A stretch of 63,149 nt of DNA, counting the filler, from Globobulimina sp. (Eukaryota), in assembly GCA_003354225.1 (NCBI GenBank). It is 22 parts of 22 records of this genome, joined end to end, with 100 filler letters (N's around TTAATTAATTAA, not from the genome) between each part and the next. Parts side by side here need not be neighbours in the genome. Positions count along the whole stretch, not along the records: positions 51,759 to 54,532 come from PIVH01004947.1; positions 54,633 to 57,405 come from PIVH01004948.1; positions 57,506 to 60,277 come from PIVH01004949.1; positions 60,378 to 63,149 come from PIVH01004950.1; 18 more parts are not named here. One strand, given 5' to 3'. Below the pieces are notes generated by a model. The model saw only the letters and a list, made by a program, of their open reading frames with translations. It did not search any database and had not been told where the DNA came from. The position numbers and the translations under genes were made by a program. Numbering within the stretch: position 1 is the first letter of the stretch; each line of letters opens with the position of its first letter. This document shows positions 51,802-63,149 of the stretch, piece after piece.

Positions 51802-52881
51802 TCACCAACCATATTTTAGAATCTTTTTATTCGACATTTGAGCATAATCCGCTGTAATTGCTTGTTTCTGTCCATAATATTTACAACATCTATAACAACA
51901 ATTATGCATTTTGCCACAAATCAGTTGATACCAATTATGCACAAATTTAAAGGTCAAATATATGCACGTTAACTCGCATATTAATGCAATATTATATATT
52001 ACCATTGATACAAACACTAACCATGTTATCTCATCATCACTTCATTATGTTTTATACAAACATTACTATGCGACATATAACAAAACAACACTTAACTTTA
52101 AAGTGAATGATAAAGCGACAACGGCAATATTCCTAAAAACCACAGCAATTACAGATAATATACAATTTTTAGTGATTGTATTTATAATATTTATTTGTTT
52201 GAAATCAAAATCGAACTCTTTTGCTCTCTGGCATGTGATTGATTGTCTTGGTTTTGTTGCTAAACTATTGATCGAGATCGATTTTCGTTGATTGATAACC
52301 ATCAAAAACAAATTATGTACAAACATATAAATTAATGTTAGTCCAAAACAGATATTTAAAGCAATTAAAATGGAAACAAATATAATCTCCATCTTCTCAT
52401 TGAAATGATAAAAAAATTCAAATTCAGTATGAATGCAAAAATGGTAGATTTCAATAATTGCAGCAAAACATAATAATATAATAAATGTACACTTCGTGAA
52501 TCTATACACAGTGTCTTTAAATAACATATATAATCTCTCCATTAACACAAAATAAAATGAAACATGACCAAGGCCATGCAACGCAAATCTTACTGTATCA
52601 AATGTTGTATCAAACGTATCCTCGGATTTGTACAAATGATAGTTATCACCAAAAGTATCAACTGCAAAACTAACGGCAACAATAAAATAAATTGAGAAAT
52701 ACCAGATGATAATGAAGCGAATGGATGTGTTCAATTGTCCTATCCGAATATTAAAACGATTGCCACACCAAAATGCAACAATTACTATTATCAAATACAC
52801 GAAACATGTCAATGCTGGCAATGTTTTAACAATTGTAACGCTTAGAATTAATATACTATCGGGTGGGTGGTGTGCCATCAT
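51802..52881 (-). CDS. Orphan 7TM/GPCR-like protein, tandem copy B
   Basis: Intron 52040-52096 joins ORFs 52066-52899 and 51802-52017. GHVSFY..LMERLY.LF, NQRKSI and EFDFDF are shared with copy A. Confidence 0.75.
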
Positions 52882-52975
52882 GCACTGTTTAGATATCAAG
52901 TTGATGCATTTTCACGCAACTTAAGTTCGAAAAATCTAAATTAATTTATAATTATAGCAAGAATGAAACTCAAAC

Positions 52976-54196
52976 TCATGAAGATTCGACATAGTCGTAC
53001 TCAGATAATGCAACATACGAATCAATTTTTATCTGATCGGCTTTCATTGTTTTTATTTTAGCTCTGTTTTGCCAATAACTGTAACACCACGAATGCATTG
53101 CACCACATAAGATCTTATACAGTTTATTTGCAAAACTAAATGTCAAATATATGGATATTAATTCAATGGTTAGTACAATATTGTATCCGATTTGTACAAC
53201 AACCAGGTTCCACGACATATCCTCTTCATCATTGTGCATAATAATGGATAGCAAGACAATGCCCACTGCTCTCCATAATATCGCAGATATAATCAGAACA
53301 AAATTTTTAGTAATAGTTTGTACCATATTTATTTGTCGAAAATCAAAATCAAATTCCGCAGAACGTATCGAATCAATGGCAGTCACATCGCTGTCCATTA
53401 ACGTTGTTAACGAGATTGATTTCCTCTGATTTACAATAACTAGAAATAATTTATTTACAAACAATCCAATTAAAAAGAATGAGAATAATACATTTATAAT
53501 TACAAAAATAATTAATATTAACTCCTGGAAATAATAATGGTTAAAATGTTCAAATAAATCATATTCATAAACTACATGAATACAGAAATGCAATATTTCT
53601 ATATTTACAGCCAAAATAGCCAACACTCTGACATGTAAAGCAATATTTGTAAACAACTACTCATTAAATAAGTGCAGTTAGTTTAAAAAACGTTTTTCAG
53701 TTTGCAGCGATTAAAAACAGATTAAAATGCAATGTGATCAGCGAAAAACGTTTTTAATGTCTACAAATATTGTAAAAAACAGAGATAATACACACTTGAA
53801 TGTTGATGATTTTACAGCGTATTGCGTTTCGGTGAACAATATGTATAATCGCTCCATTAGGTATATATAGAAAACAACATGACCGATAATATGAAATGAA
53901 ATGACTACGGTATCAAATATTAAATCAAATTTCTTATCATATTGCCATAACTGATAATCATCACCAACACTATCAATTGCAATTAGAGACATTTGAATCA
54001 GGTAAAAAGAATAATATAATGTGACTGTGACGCGTATTAGTTTTTTGATACCTTTGCTGTTGAATTTAGTGACAAAAATAAATGGAACACATGTTGCCAG
54101 TAAGAATATAAAGCAAATTAATGATGGGATAGCTCTTGTGATGGTTGTTATCAATATTAGATTGTCACTATATTTATCAAATGGATTAGAAGTCAT
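52976..54196 (-). CDS. Orphan 7TM/GPCR-like protein, tandem copy A, spliced
   Basis: ORFs 53738-54247 and 52976-53656 are the two halves of a paralog of copy B. Confidence 0.75.
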
Positions 54197-54259
54197 GATC
54201 CAATCTGTTAAGGTTTTTTGATACAAAAAAACTATGTTTTTTTCCAACTAAACCTCATA

Positions 54260-54532
54260 ATGTCTTCGTTGGCAAACTCACAAATTGCTGGCTTTGCACT
54301 CACCACGGTAGTCATTGGTGCTTTAATTGTATTGTTCATTTACGGAAAAACAAATTCCAAACAAGAGCATAAAAAGCCGCACAAAACAATATATGGTTTA
54401 ACTGCATCGCATGAAACAAAGTTAAAACTCGCACCCAAATTAGCTCTCGTGACAGACTTAGACCATACATTATTTGGTTCGAACGCAACTGAAACTCATG
54501 ACGAATCAAACAAACATATACTCAAATTCAAT
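54260..54532 (+). CDS. HAD-family phosphatase (sucrose-phosphatase-like) with N-terminal TM, truncated
   Basis: LVTDLDHTL is HAD motif I (DxDxT). Confidence 0.7.
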
Positions 54533-54632
54533 NNNNNNNNNNNNNNNNNNNNNNNNNNNNNNNNNNNNNNNNNNNNTTAATTAATTAANNNNNNNNNNNN
54601 NNNNNNNNNNNNNNNNNNNNNNNNNNNNNNNN

Positions 54633-56609
54633 AAATGGCCGTCATGCACATCAACATAGCCACCCAACTCAGATATGGCCATTTTAAAATGGTATTCGAG
54701 CAATAAGGGATGAATTATAATACTGCAATAATGAATAAATTTGGGTAAGTTCACTGCAGACACTTCCGGGTCTTGTTGTAAACACTGTAAATATCGCTTT
54801 GCTTGATGTGTTCGATAACAATCGGCTTTAAATTTTGCGGCGAGATCCAACTGAATATATTCAAAAATTTATGTAAACAATTCACAGAAACAAACAAACA
54901 AACATTGGTCTATCAACAACAATCCATTGCATTTTTGTTTTCGTATTATGACTAAAAAAAATACCGACAATCTCACCAATCAATTTACAATTTGCAATAA
55001 AATGCAAAATAACAAGCAAAAGCCGAAAACTCTGCAAATTTGAAATAAAATATGATGCATTTTGACAAAAATTGTGCGATTTTACGTGAAAATTAATTAA
55101 TTAATTATCGCATTTTAATTTACACGCTATTAATTTATCGGGGCACTCCTTTAACATCGAAATAACGGCAACATGTAACATGTAACACAACGGTAAAAGG
55201 ACACCAATTTACAGTTTGCTTTTTCAATTTCAAGTGCGAATACGGAGAAAGAAAAAAGAAATTCCTTAACTTTTCGAACAAAATCAAAGGGTAATGCACC
55301 ACCAATATTACAGTCTTTTTTTTCAAACACTTCAATAACTTTTCGTCGTCGAAAATCGCTCACTAAATGTGCAAATTTGCCGCGTTGTACTACAATCTCA
55401 ATGGTCGGACGGGTTGATTGTTCGTCATCAATTAAACCGGTTGATAGATGTAGTACTTTGGCCACCTTTTCTCTCTTTAATACTTCAGTCACTTCACAGG
55501 CGACACTAACAGCTAAATAATAAAATATATACAGACATACAAACCATTAAAAACAAAAAAAAACAAGTAAACACACCAGATCCAATACCACATATTCTAC
55601 ATTTTTTAGCTAATCGTAATATTCGTCTGGCTCTCACCAAATAATTCCTTAATCCGTACTTATTATTACTCGATACATTAACAATCACACTATTTGGTGG
55701 CTGTCCCAATACAGCCGATGGCCCGTTACTTGCCGACGAGTCCCCGCCCTGTTTACCATCATCATTATTATTATTATTATTATTACTGTTGTTGTTATTG
55801 TTTTGTTGTTGGTTGTTATTATTATTATTGGTGCCATTATTATTAAATGTATTTTGTTGTTGATTGAACAGGTTATTTGGTGCTTGTGTGTTATCATTGT
55901 TATGATGGCCATGGCCATGCCCATGGAATGAAGCAGCAGCGGTAATGCCCATAATAGTGTTTGGACCAATACTCGGCATGGATGTAAAGGATGTAATAGA
56001 AGTAACCGATGGTGCACCGGTACTCTGTATACTGGTAATGGGTGTTTGTGGTCTATGTTGTGGCGATACACCGTCATTACTATGGCCATGGCCATGTCCG
56101 TGCGTATGATGATATTGATTATGTGTATGACCATGGGTATGGGCATTATGTCCATATATATGATGCGATGGATATGACTGTCTCGGTGTAGTCGACACAT
56201 TGGTTATAACATTTGGAGAGGGCATGGACAATGCGGATGATATGGATGGCGTAGAGGGTGATATCATAGCCTGTTGCATGGTGTTTATAGAATTCATTGG
56301 GTTCATAATATTCATTGGATTCACATTAAAATGTTGTGGATGTGGCGGTATTTGATGTTGATTCATCATTTGTTGGGTACGTTGATTAGCTAAATATTGT
56401 TGGATTTGCTGTTGTTGCTGCTGTTGATTACGTGCCATTTGCTGGATTAATTGTTGTTGTTGTTGTGCTTGTTGTACTTGAATTTGTTGAATTGTCGATA
56501 ATTGATTATTTTTATTATTGTTATTGGTGTTGGCGGTGAATGGCGTTATGTTTTGTGTGCCATTCGTATTTAAAAATGAGGTTTGTTGTGGGGACGATGT
56601 CATTATCAT
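54633..56609 (-). CDS. Alba-domain protein with Q/N/H-rich low-complexity N-terminus and EF-hand-like C-terminal region, 3 exons
   Basis: Intron 55513-55576 gives RICGIGSAVSVACEVTEVLKRE..LSTG..PTIEIVV (Alba signature). Intron 54851-55270 joins the last exon LDLAAKF..LPKFIHYCSIIIHPLL. Confidence 0.75.
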
Positions 56610-56929
56610 TTACTGATTGTTATTATGTTGGATAATGAATATGTCCTTTGCTGTGTATACTAAATCGATTCTCAACGCTATACGGACGATAAACGTTAAA
56701 ATCGTTATTTCGAGTTGGTCGTCCAATGCTGTTTCGCGAGCGTATGACCGATTAGGTTTTCGAACTTGAGTGGGTTTTGTCGAAAAATTATCAAAAAACA
56801 CACACACACATTTCAAGACATCAGAGAATTGGTGCTTTTGAAGCAGATATTTGAAGAATCTTTAGTGTTGGCAATCAAATCACACTTCAATTCCTCTCAG
56901 TAATTTAAACACTCCCCAGACACAGCAAA

Positions 56930-57382
56930 ATGAAAGAAGTCGTTGCTTTTATGTTAGCGAGATTGGGAGGAAATGACAAACCATCGAAAGAAGTTTAGAC
57001 CTATCAACAATTAAAAAAAAGAAAAATGGATGTTATAAATTGGCATAAATACATAGGACATAACAAAAATATTAGATTCAGTTGGAATCAAACCAGACAC
57101 AGCAAAATTGGACGCGTTATTTTCAGATTTAGCGAAATTAAATTGTTCCGTTGATGTTGCGATTAGAAATGGCATGGAGAAGTTGGCCATAATACCATCC
57201 GGAGGTATGTGATTTTGTGTGCCTCAGCAAATTATTTTGAAAAATTCTAAATAATTAAGGTGGCGGTGGCGGTGTCGGCGGAGGAGGAGGAGGAGGAGAC
57301 GAAGATGGTGCGGGTGATACAGGAACTGGCGCTGCTGCCCCTGAACCAGAAAAATCGGAATCAGAAAAATCAAGTTCAAAAG
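56930..57382 (+). CDS. RPLP2: 60S acidic ribosomal protein P2 (not in ORF track; last exon missing)
   Basis: MKEVVAFMLARLGGNDKPSKE / DITKILDSVGI..GMEKLAIIPSG / Gly-Ala hinge; introns 56993-57056 and 57205-57259, next donor at 57383. Confidence 0.92.
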
Positions 57383-57741
57383 GTATGATTTTATATTTTG
57401 TTATANNNNNNNNNNNNNNNNNNNNNNNNNNNNNNNNNNNNNNNNNNNNTTAATTAATTAANNNNNNNNNNNNNNNNNNNNNNNNNNNNNNNNNNNNNNN
57501 NNNNNGTGTCATCATACTAAATGATCCCGTGACACGAGAGATCGCTACTTTTCTGTCTGCCTATCTGCCTGGCTGACAGGCTGGCTGTGTGGTTGTCTGG
57601 CGGACCCAGTCACTAAAATAGAATTATTTAAACAAAAAATGAAGGTATATATATTTATTTAAACAACAAAACCTTTCTACTTCAACCATGCAACGCTTTA
57701 TACTTATTTTGGATGGCTCTATTAATGATGGTGTTGTTCCA

Positions 57742-60277
57742 GGTAATAATACATAATAATAATACAAAATACATATACATACACAACTGCACAGAGTGGG
57801 TAGATAATATTTATCTGGAGGTACCATATTGTTTACGAATAAATATTGGTTTGCTACTGAATGAGTGGGTTAGTTCGAATGAGCTCCAATCAAAAATAAA
57901 AGAATTCGAAGTGAAAGAAAAGAAATCCGTCAGTGATGATAGCAAAAATATTGAGTACGACTTGAGCCAACAAATACATTCATTGTCTATTCATGATTTA
58001 TATCAAAATCAACATAACAATCATAACAAAAACAGAGACGCTTCATTTACCGCTTTTGCTTCAATTGTACATAATGCTTGTTTTATGTTAAAAAAATATT
58101 TAAATAACAACAACAATAATAATAATAACAATCATTTTCAATTAGAATGTTTCTGGAAATTCCCAACATTTCAAAGTTAATGAATGACTCTATTTATTTT
58201 TTATTCAATTTTGTTTGTTTATACAATCTCAGATACACTCTCTCATAATAATATAAATAATAATTTAATTGCTTTATTTGCTGCATTTCAACGATTTGTT
58301 GAATATAATCATGGACATATTCACATAATTTATAATGACAATGATGTCGTTGATGTTGATGTTGATGTTGATGTTGATGATGATAATGATGTTATTATTG
58401 ATGATATTGATTTATTTCATATTAATTCATGGAAACAAATGTTTGATAAAAATTGTACCATATGGAATTTTGAGGAAATTGATTCAAATTTTGATGAAAT
58501 ATTGTTTGAAATAATGAGACCATTTCGTTTAAGTTCAATCGCATTGACAATGGAATGGAATAATAATAATAGTTTTGAGTTTAATTTTGATTTAATTCCA
58601 TGTTTTTTATCTAATTTATGCTCCGATTCATATATTGACAATAATTACAAACACGAATTAAAATGGAAAAATTGGAATGGTTGTTACAATTGGAATTGTA
58701 TGAAACTATTAAAAGTAATCCAGAAACAATCATTTCCGTCATATCTTTTAATTTCTCAAATCAAACTAATACAAGAACAACAACTCGCAAATGAACCGAT
58801 ATTATTAATATTAAATCCGCAAAATGCAAAAGCAAAAATATTAACAAAGCATTGGTTGGATTCATATTCATATCATAATAACAATAATAATAATAATTCT
58901 AATTACAATGCAAAAGCATGGATTGTGCAATTTATAACTAATAATAACAAAAAATTAAAAGAGAATGCTTTTATGAGTCAAAGCGAATGGATTAATATTA
59001 ATTTATCTGTCAATGATGATAATAATAATAATAATGACAATAATGATAATGATCAGAATCAGAATCAGAATGATAAAAACACAAAATATTCATCTAAATA
59101 TTTGATATACGCCGCTTATATCAAAAGTGGAATACAACTAATCGCGCATCGCATAATTGATAATAATACAAACAACGTAAAAAACAATATGCTTAATTTA
59201 ACATATAAACACTCGAAACTTATGGTTGTCGACGATGACAATGATAATCATAATAATAATACTGAAGATATAGATATTATCAGTTTGCCGTATTTCCGAT
59301 ATGAGGAAGAAAACGCAAATTTAATTGAAGCTAATAAGCAATTAAGCAGCACAGTGGATAATGCTAATACGGATAATCATATTTGGAACAATTATGAGAT
59401 ACATATACTATCCAAACATGACAAATATATAAAAAATGCACGACAACGTAATGATAATGATATGTTTATAAATGATGACATATCACCAACACAAATTACT
59501 TCATTATTACCGTTAAAGTTTGAGAGCAATAAACGTAAAAAGAAAAAAAAAACAAAAACAAATAAGAATACAACATCAACAAACCGTGGATTGGTCGCAT
59601 TTAAAAATGCCACACAAAACTCAAATATCATACAATCTGCGCATTTATATCCAAAAAAGATGTGCTATCGGAAAAATACTAAAAATGTACCATTATCAGC
59701 TCAAAAATCATTAAAATTTCGAAGAAAAAAGGACAAATCGCTGACATTAGAGAATATATTTAATATTTTTAATGAAAATGGAGAGTTAAGAGACAAATCG
59801 GCAGATAAATATTTTGAAAGCATACAAGAAGAAGAAAGAGAGAATAATAATAATAATAATAATGACGATGATTATGTACAATATAAAGATTGGCGGAAAT
59901 TGAGAGAAATGAGTGAATTGAATGAAATACAAATAAATGGAAATTGGCCAATTCAATCAAGATTTTATAATGAAGAAAGTTTAGAATACGAAGAGAAAAT
60001 ATTAAGAATAAAAAATCAATATCTTAATGGTGTAAATAATAATAATAATAATTCATTTGAGATCATTGGCGATATCGATTTGACTCATTTAAGCAAATAT
60101 AAGTGTCATCCAATCACAATAATACACTCAAAGACCAATACAAATAACAAAGACAATACAAATACAAATACAAAAGATAATCATTATAGAACTAAAAATA
60201 AAAATATTATCCAATCTCAAATTGAAATTTTATTGAAAAATGAAGTAAATAAAAGTGAAAATATTGAAAAATACAGA
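57742..60277 (+). CDS. Large Asn-rich hypothetical protein, internal fragment, spliced
   Basis: Intron 58176-58232 fuses ORFs 57713-58180 and 58184-60325; many (AAT)n tracts. Confidence 0.65.
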
Positions 60278-60377
60278 NNNNNNNNNNNNNNNNNNNNNNN
60301 NNNNNNNNNNNNNNNNNNNNNTTAATTAATTAANNNNNNNNNNNNNNNNNNNNNNNNNNNNNNNNNNNNNNNNNNNN

Positions 60378-60668
60378 ACATTCATATGTTCCATCATCAA
60401 ATAAAATGTATGTTGCTCTATCACAAGTAACAACGTTTTTTATTTGTTTTTTAAATGTTTTTATTTTTGTTAATTTTTTAATACATCCATTTCCTCCATT
60501 TCCTTGTTGTCCATATCGATTATCACCAATAGAATATAATTCCAATGTTTTATATATTAGGAATTCATGAATGATGCTAATAATATCTGTGTGGATGTAT
60601 TGAGGCCTAAATTTTCTAACGTATCCATTTACTAATAGTGACAGCCTTTTTCTGACAGCATGGTTCAT
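60378..60668 (-). CDS. RCC1-repeat protein with GYVR module (truncated); paralog of 5159-5654
   Basis: MN.AVRKR..LLV.GYVR..YIHTDIISIIH.F..LYSIG.N..GQQGNG is shared with the 5159 gene. Confidence 0.8.
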
Positions 60669-60751
60669 TTTTTATTGGACTCAGTAAACCAAAAACTTAA
60701 GCTTGAAAATCAACAAACAAACTCTTCTTTTCTGGTTCAGATCTGGTCAGA

Positions 60752-62146
60752 ATGGCTACAGATGATTATAAAAGTGATTATTTCTCGTGGAAAATAGAGA
60801 AACAATCTGAAGTCAGAGCATTTCTGGCTGCTAAACCAACCAAGCATTTCTCATCAGAAATATTTCAGATTGGTGTATTACAATGGCAATTATACGCATA
60901 TCCGTCTGGCAAATATCGCATTAGAAATGACTACAACGTTACATATCCACAAGAAGGGTGTGAATTACATCTTAAATTGTTGCCTAGATCCTGGCCGCGA
61001 AATGTATACAAAATCATCTTTGCCTATCGATTATTTTGCAGTGCAGCAAATTCTTCATTTACAAATCTTGAAACATTTGTTAGAAATCCACAGAATCGTT
61101 ATTTTGTCCGTTGGTTCCGGGGCACGTTAACCGCGGATGAATTATTAGCATTGGAAGGACAGATTGTGAATCTAGAATGTTATATTAATATTTTAAAAAT
61201 GGAATCAAACAACAACCAAATTCTGTATCAATATCCATTCCCTGCAGATACATTACAAAAAGAATATGAATTTGAATGGGAAATAAATAATATTCAAGGC
61301 TTATTTGTAAATACTAAATGTGGCAAACATTTAGAATCTGATATTTATCAAAATTTTTGGTGTTTACGAATAGCACCACGTGGATGGAAATTGCATGAAC
61401 AAAGATATGTAACTGCCTGGTTACAATTATGTGCATTGCCGATGGATGTATTTAAAATATATTGCAAATATACATTTCGATGTAAAGAATTAAATATTAC
61501 TTTTTCGAAAAACAAAACTTTCAGTTATAGTTATAACGGAACCAATGCTCCGTTCAATCAACGTCGATTAGTTACAGATTCATTGAGGAATTTAAAAGGT
61601 GATACGTTGACGTTTCAATGTAAGATTATTGTATTGAAGACAGAATACAATCGTCGGTATCGAGGACCGCAATATGAACCACAAATTGTCAGAAAGCTTA
61701 AGGGAGCAATTGGCAGTGTGCATAATCAAAAAAGTATGGTTGTAGATGTTGCGGATCATAAATCATCAGAAATGGATGAATTACGACAAGAAATCCAACG
61801 ATTAAATAAAAAAGTAGCGGATTTACAATCCACAGTTGGTATAATTATGCATAAAATGAATACGAATGATGATCAAAAAATGAATGAAGGTCCTGGTCCT
61901 GGCTTCGATGCAAACGGAACGATGGAACCAATTGAAGTGTGGTTAAGATACAGTGTGAAATTGCCGCAATATATTCAATTATTTGAACAAAGTGGCATGG
62001 ATATGGGTATAATGAGGAGTGGTACAGTAAATAGTGATTATTTGGAGATATTGGGCATAAATAATAAATTTGATCGAGCAAAGATTATGGAAGCAATTAC
62101 GAAATTGAAAGAAAAATATGTAACCCCATTTTCCGATTATATTTAA
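60752..62146 (+). CDS. MATH-MATH-coiled coil-SAM protein
   Basis: FSWKIE..FSSEIFQIGVLQWQLYAYPSG..LHLKL; FEWEI..WCLRIAPRG..WLQL; SAM WL..VKLPQYIQLFEQSG..LGI..DRAKI. Confidence 0.82.
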   Translation: MATDDYKSDYFSWKIEKQSEVRAFLAAKPTKHFSSEIFQIGVLQWQLYAYPSGKYRIRNDYNVTYPQEGCELHLKLLPRSWPRNVYKIIFAYRLFCSAANSSFTNLETFVRNPQNRYFVRWFRGTLTADELLALEGQIVNLECYINILKMESNNNQILYQYPFPADTLQKEYEFEWEINNIQGLFVNTKCGKHLESDIYQNFWCLRIAPRGWKLHEQRYVTAWLQLCALPMDVFKIYCKYTFRCKELNITFSKNKTFSYSYNGTNAPFNQRRLVTDSLRNLKGDTLTFQCKIIVLKTEYNRRYRGPQYEPQIVRKLKGAIGSVHNQKSMVVDVADHKSSEMDELRQEIQRLNKKVADLQSTVGIIMHKMNTNDDQKMNEGPGPGFDANGTMEPIEVWLRYSVKLPQYIQLFEQSGMDMGIMRSGTVNSDYLEILGINNKFDRAKIMEAITKLKEKYVTPFSDYI

Positions 62147-62300
62147 ACTGTTATATTGTTTTTTCTTAATTATGTTTTTGTTATATATTACGCTCAACCT
62201 CTTCAAACAAAACTCAACACAAAAAAAAGAAAGAAAAAATGAGCAAATATCTCTCTCATTTTTTAGTAAGTGAAACTCACTGAAAACAACTTTGCAAACC

Positions 62301-63005
62301 ATGAGCATTGTGGCCGATGCAAGATTTCTATCATGGGGATTACATTTAGAACCATCACAATCAGTACTTAGAGCTCGATATATTTTATTTTTTGACATTC
62401 GAAATCACAAACTATTATTAATTAATTGCGCCAACCAACAATTGTCCTCCTACGATTTTGCCTGTGTTTCCCAATGCAATACGTCAAATATCAACAATAC
62501 CTTACTCATATTAAATCTATCCAATTCTAGAAAAAAGTACACAGTGAATTTCTATCTTGACAGCGACTATGATAGAGATTGCTGCCATTCCTTATTACTT
62601 TCCATTTTAAACCGGAATATAATTCAAATCTGTCCCCAATATGGCATTTCTGCACAACTCGAGATTGGCTGTCAAATGAAAGCAATCACAGACACAGCTC
62701 ATGAATCTGATCATTCTCCCGATTGGCAGCCAAGAATCTTATCCTTGATCCAAAACCGTATTCTATTATTTCGTGATAAGACCATCGACTATCATCCATT
62801 GGCAATGATATCATTAAATACACAGAATTTGAGTTGTTATAAAACCCAATGTTACGATGATACCATTCAGCTACATTTGTACAAGAATCCACTAATTATT
62901 TATCAATTTCATTTTGGTGATCCATCCGCATTGAACCTGGTCATAAATAAATTGCAATCTGCCTTAACCATATACAATACCCATGCCTTGGTATGCTATT
63001 ATTGA
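62301..63005 (+). CDS. Tandem PH-like domain hypothetical protein
   Basis: ARYILFFD..LLL and WQPRILSLIQNRILLFRD..PLAMISL patterns; a possible donor at 62991 suggests further exons. Confidence 0.5.
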   Translation: MSIVADARFLSWGLHLEPSQSVLRARYILFFDIRNHKLLLINCANQQLSSYDFACVSQCNTSNINNTLLILNLSNSRKKYTVNFYLDSDYDRDCCHSLLLSILNRNIIQICPQYGISAQLEIGCQMKAITDTAHESDHSPDWQPRILSLIQNRILLFRDKTIDYHPLAMISLNTQNLSCYKTQCYDDTIQLHLYKNPLIIYQFHFGDPSALNLVINKLQSALTIYNTHALVCYY

Positions 63006-63149
63006 CTGTTTGTACGCATATTTGCTTTGCGTGTTTATATAACCAAACAACAAACCTTATGCTAAATAATATACAAATACAGAAACAGTTTCATCCAAAT
63101 AAGTTCCCTCCAAAACAGCAACAGCAACCGGCACAGCCCTAAGATTTGC

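Noticed and set aside
55090-55106. Natural AATTAATTAATTAATT run resembling the linker
   Set aside because: It has no flanking Ns and is an AT-rich simple repeat inside an intron.
58100-60050. (AAT)n and (GTTGAT)n microsatellites
   Set aside because: These are in-frame Asn/Asp/Val low-complexity tracts typical of AT-rich protist proteins.
2778-60377. Regularly spaced TTAATTAATTAA palindrome as a biological repeat, CRISPR-like array or nanochromosome boundary
   Set aside because: It is always centred in 88 Ns between length-sorted contigs, so it is an artificial six-frame-stop linker.

Overview
This is not one locus. It is 22 unrelated contigs of about 2.77 kb, sorted by length and joined by 100-bp artificial spacers (44 N + TTAATTAATTAA + 44 N), so adjacency across spacers is meaningless. 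The DNA is AT-rich, gene-dense and eukaryotic, with short GT-AG introns (mostly 55-75 nt). The protein families (PT-repeat mucin-stalk receptors, orphan 7TM proteins, MATH/SAM, a GY(I/V)R leader module, a tandem Tudor-like module) suggest a foraminiferan or related rhizarian protist; this is an inference. Recognisable genes include an aldo-keto reductase, a YUCCA-like FMO, PDK/BCKDK, AMP deaminase, the PMS2 C-terminus, a Rad5-like SNF2, SLC52, a G8/CEMIP-like protein, GT2 and GT8 enzymes, NTF2, a NAK kinase, EHD, TVP38, a cAR-like GPCR, CFAP210, an Alba protein and RPLP2, plus a Helitron and a LINE. The most notable observations are: a 57-bp pre-miRNA-like hairpin (25486-25621); a terminally redundant, apparently circular or tandem 2656-bp contig carrying an intronless GT2; an AMP deaminase-GNAT fusion; a CFAP210-like gene with an in-frame TAA bracketed by a possible newly recruited 63-nt intron; a bacterial RsbW-like kinase fragment fused in frame to host-like sequence; and a recurrent GY(I/V)R N-terminal module. 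All assignments come from reading motifs by eye; no searches were run.
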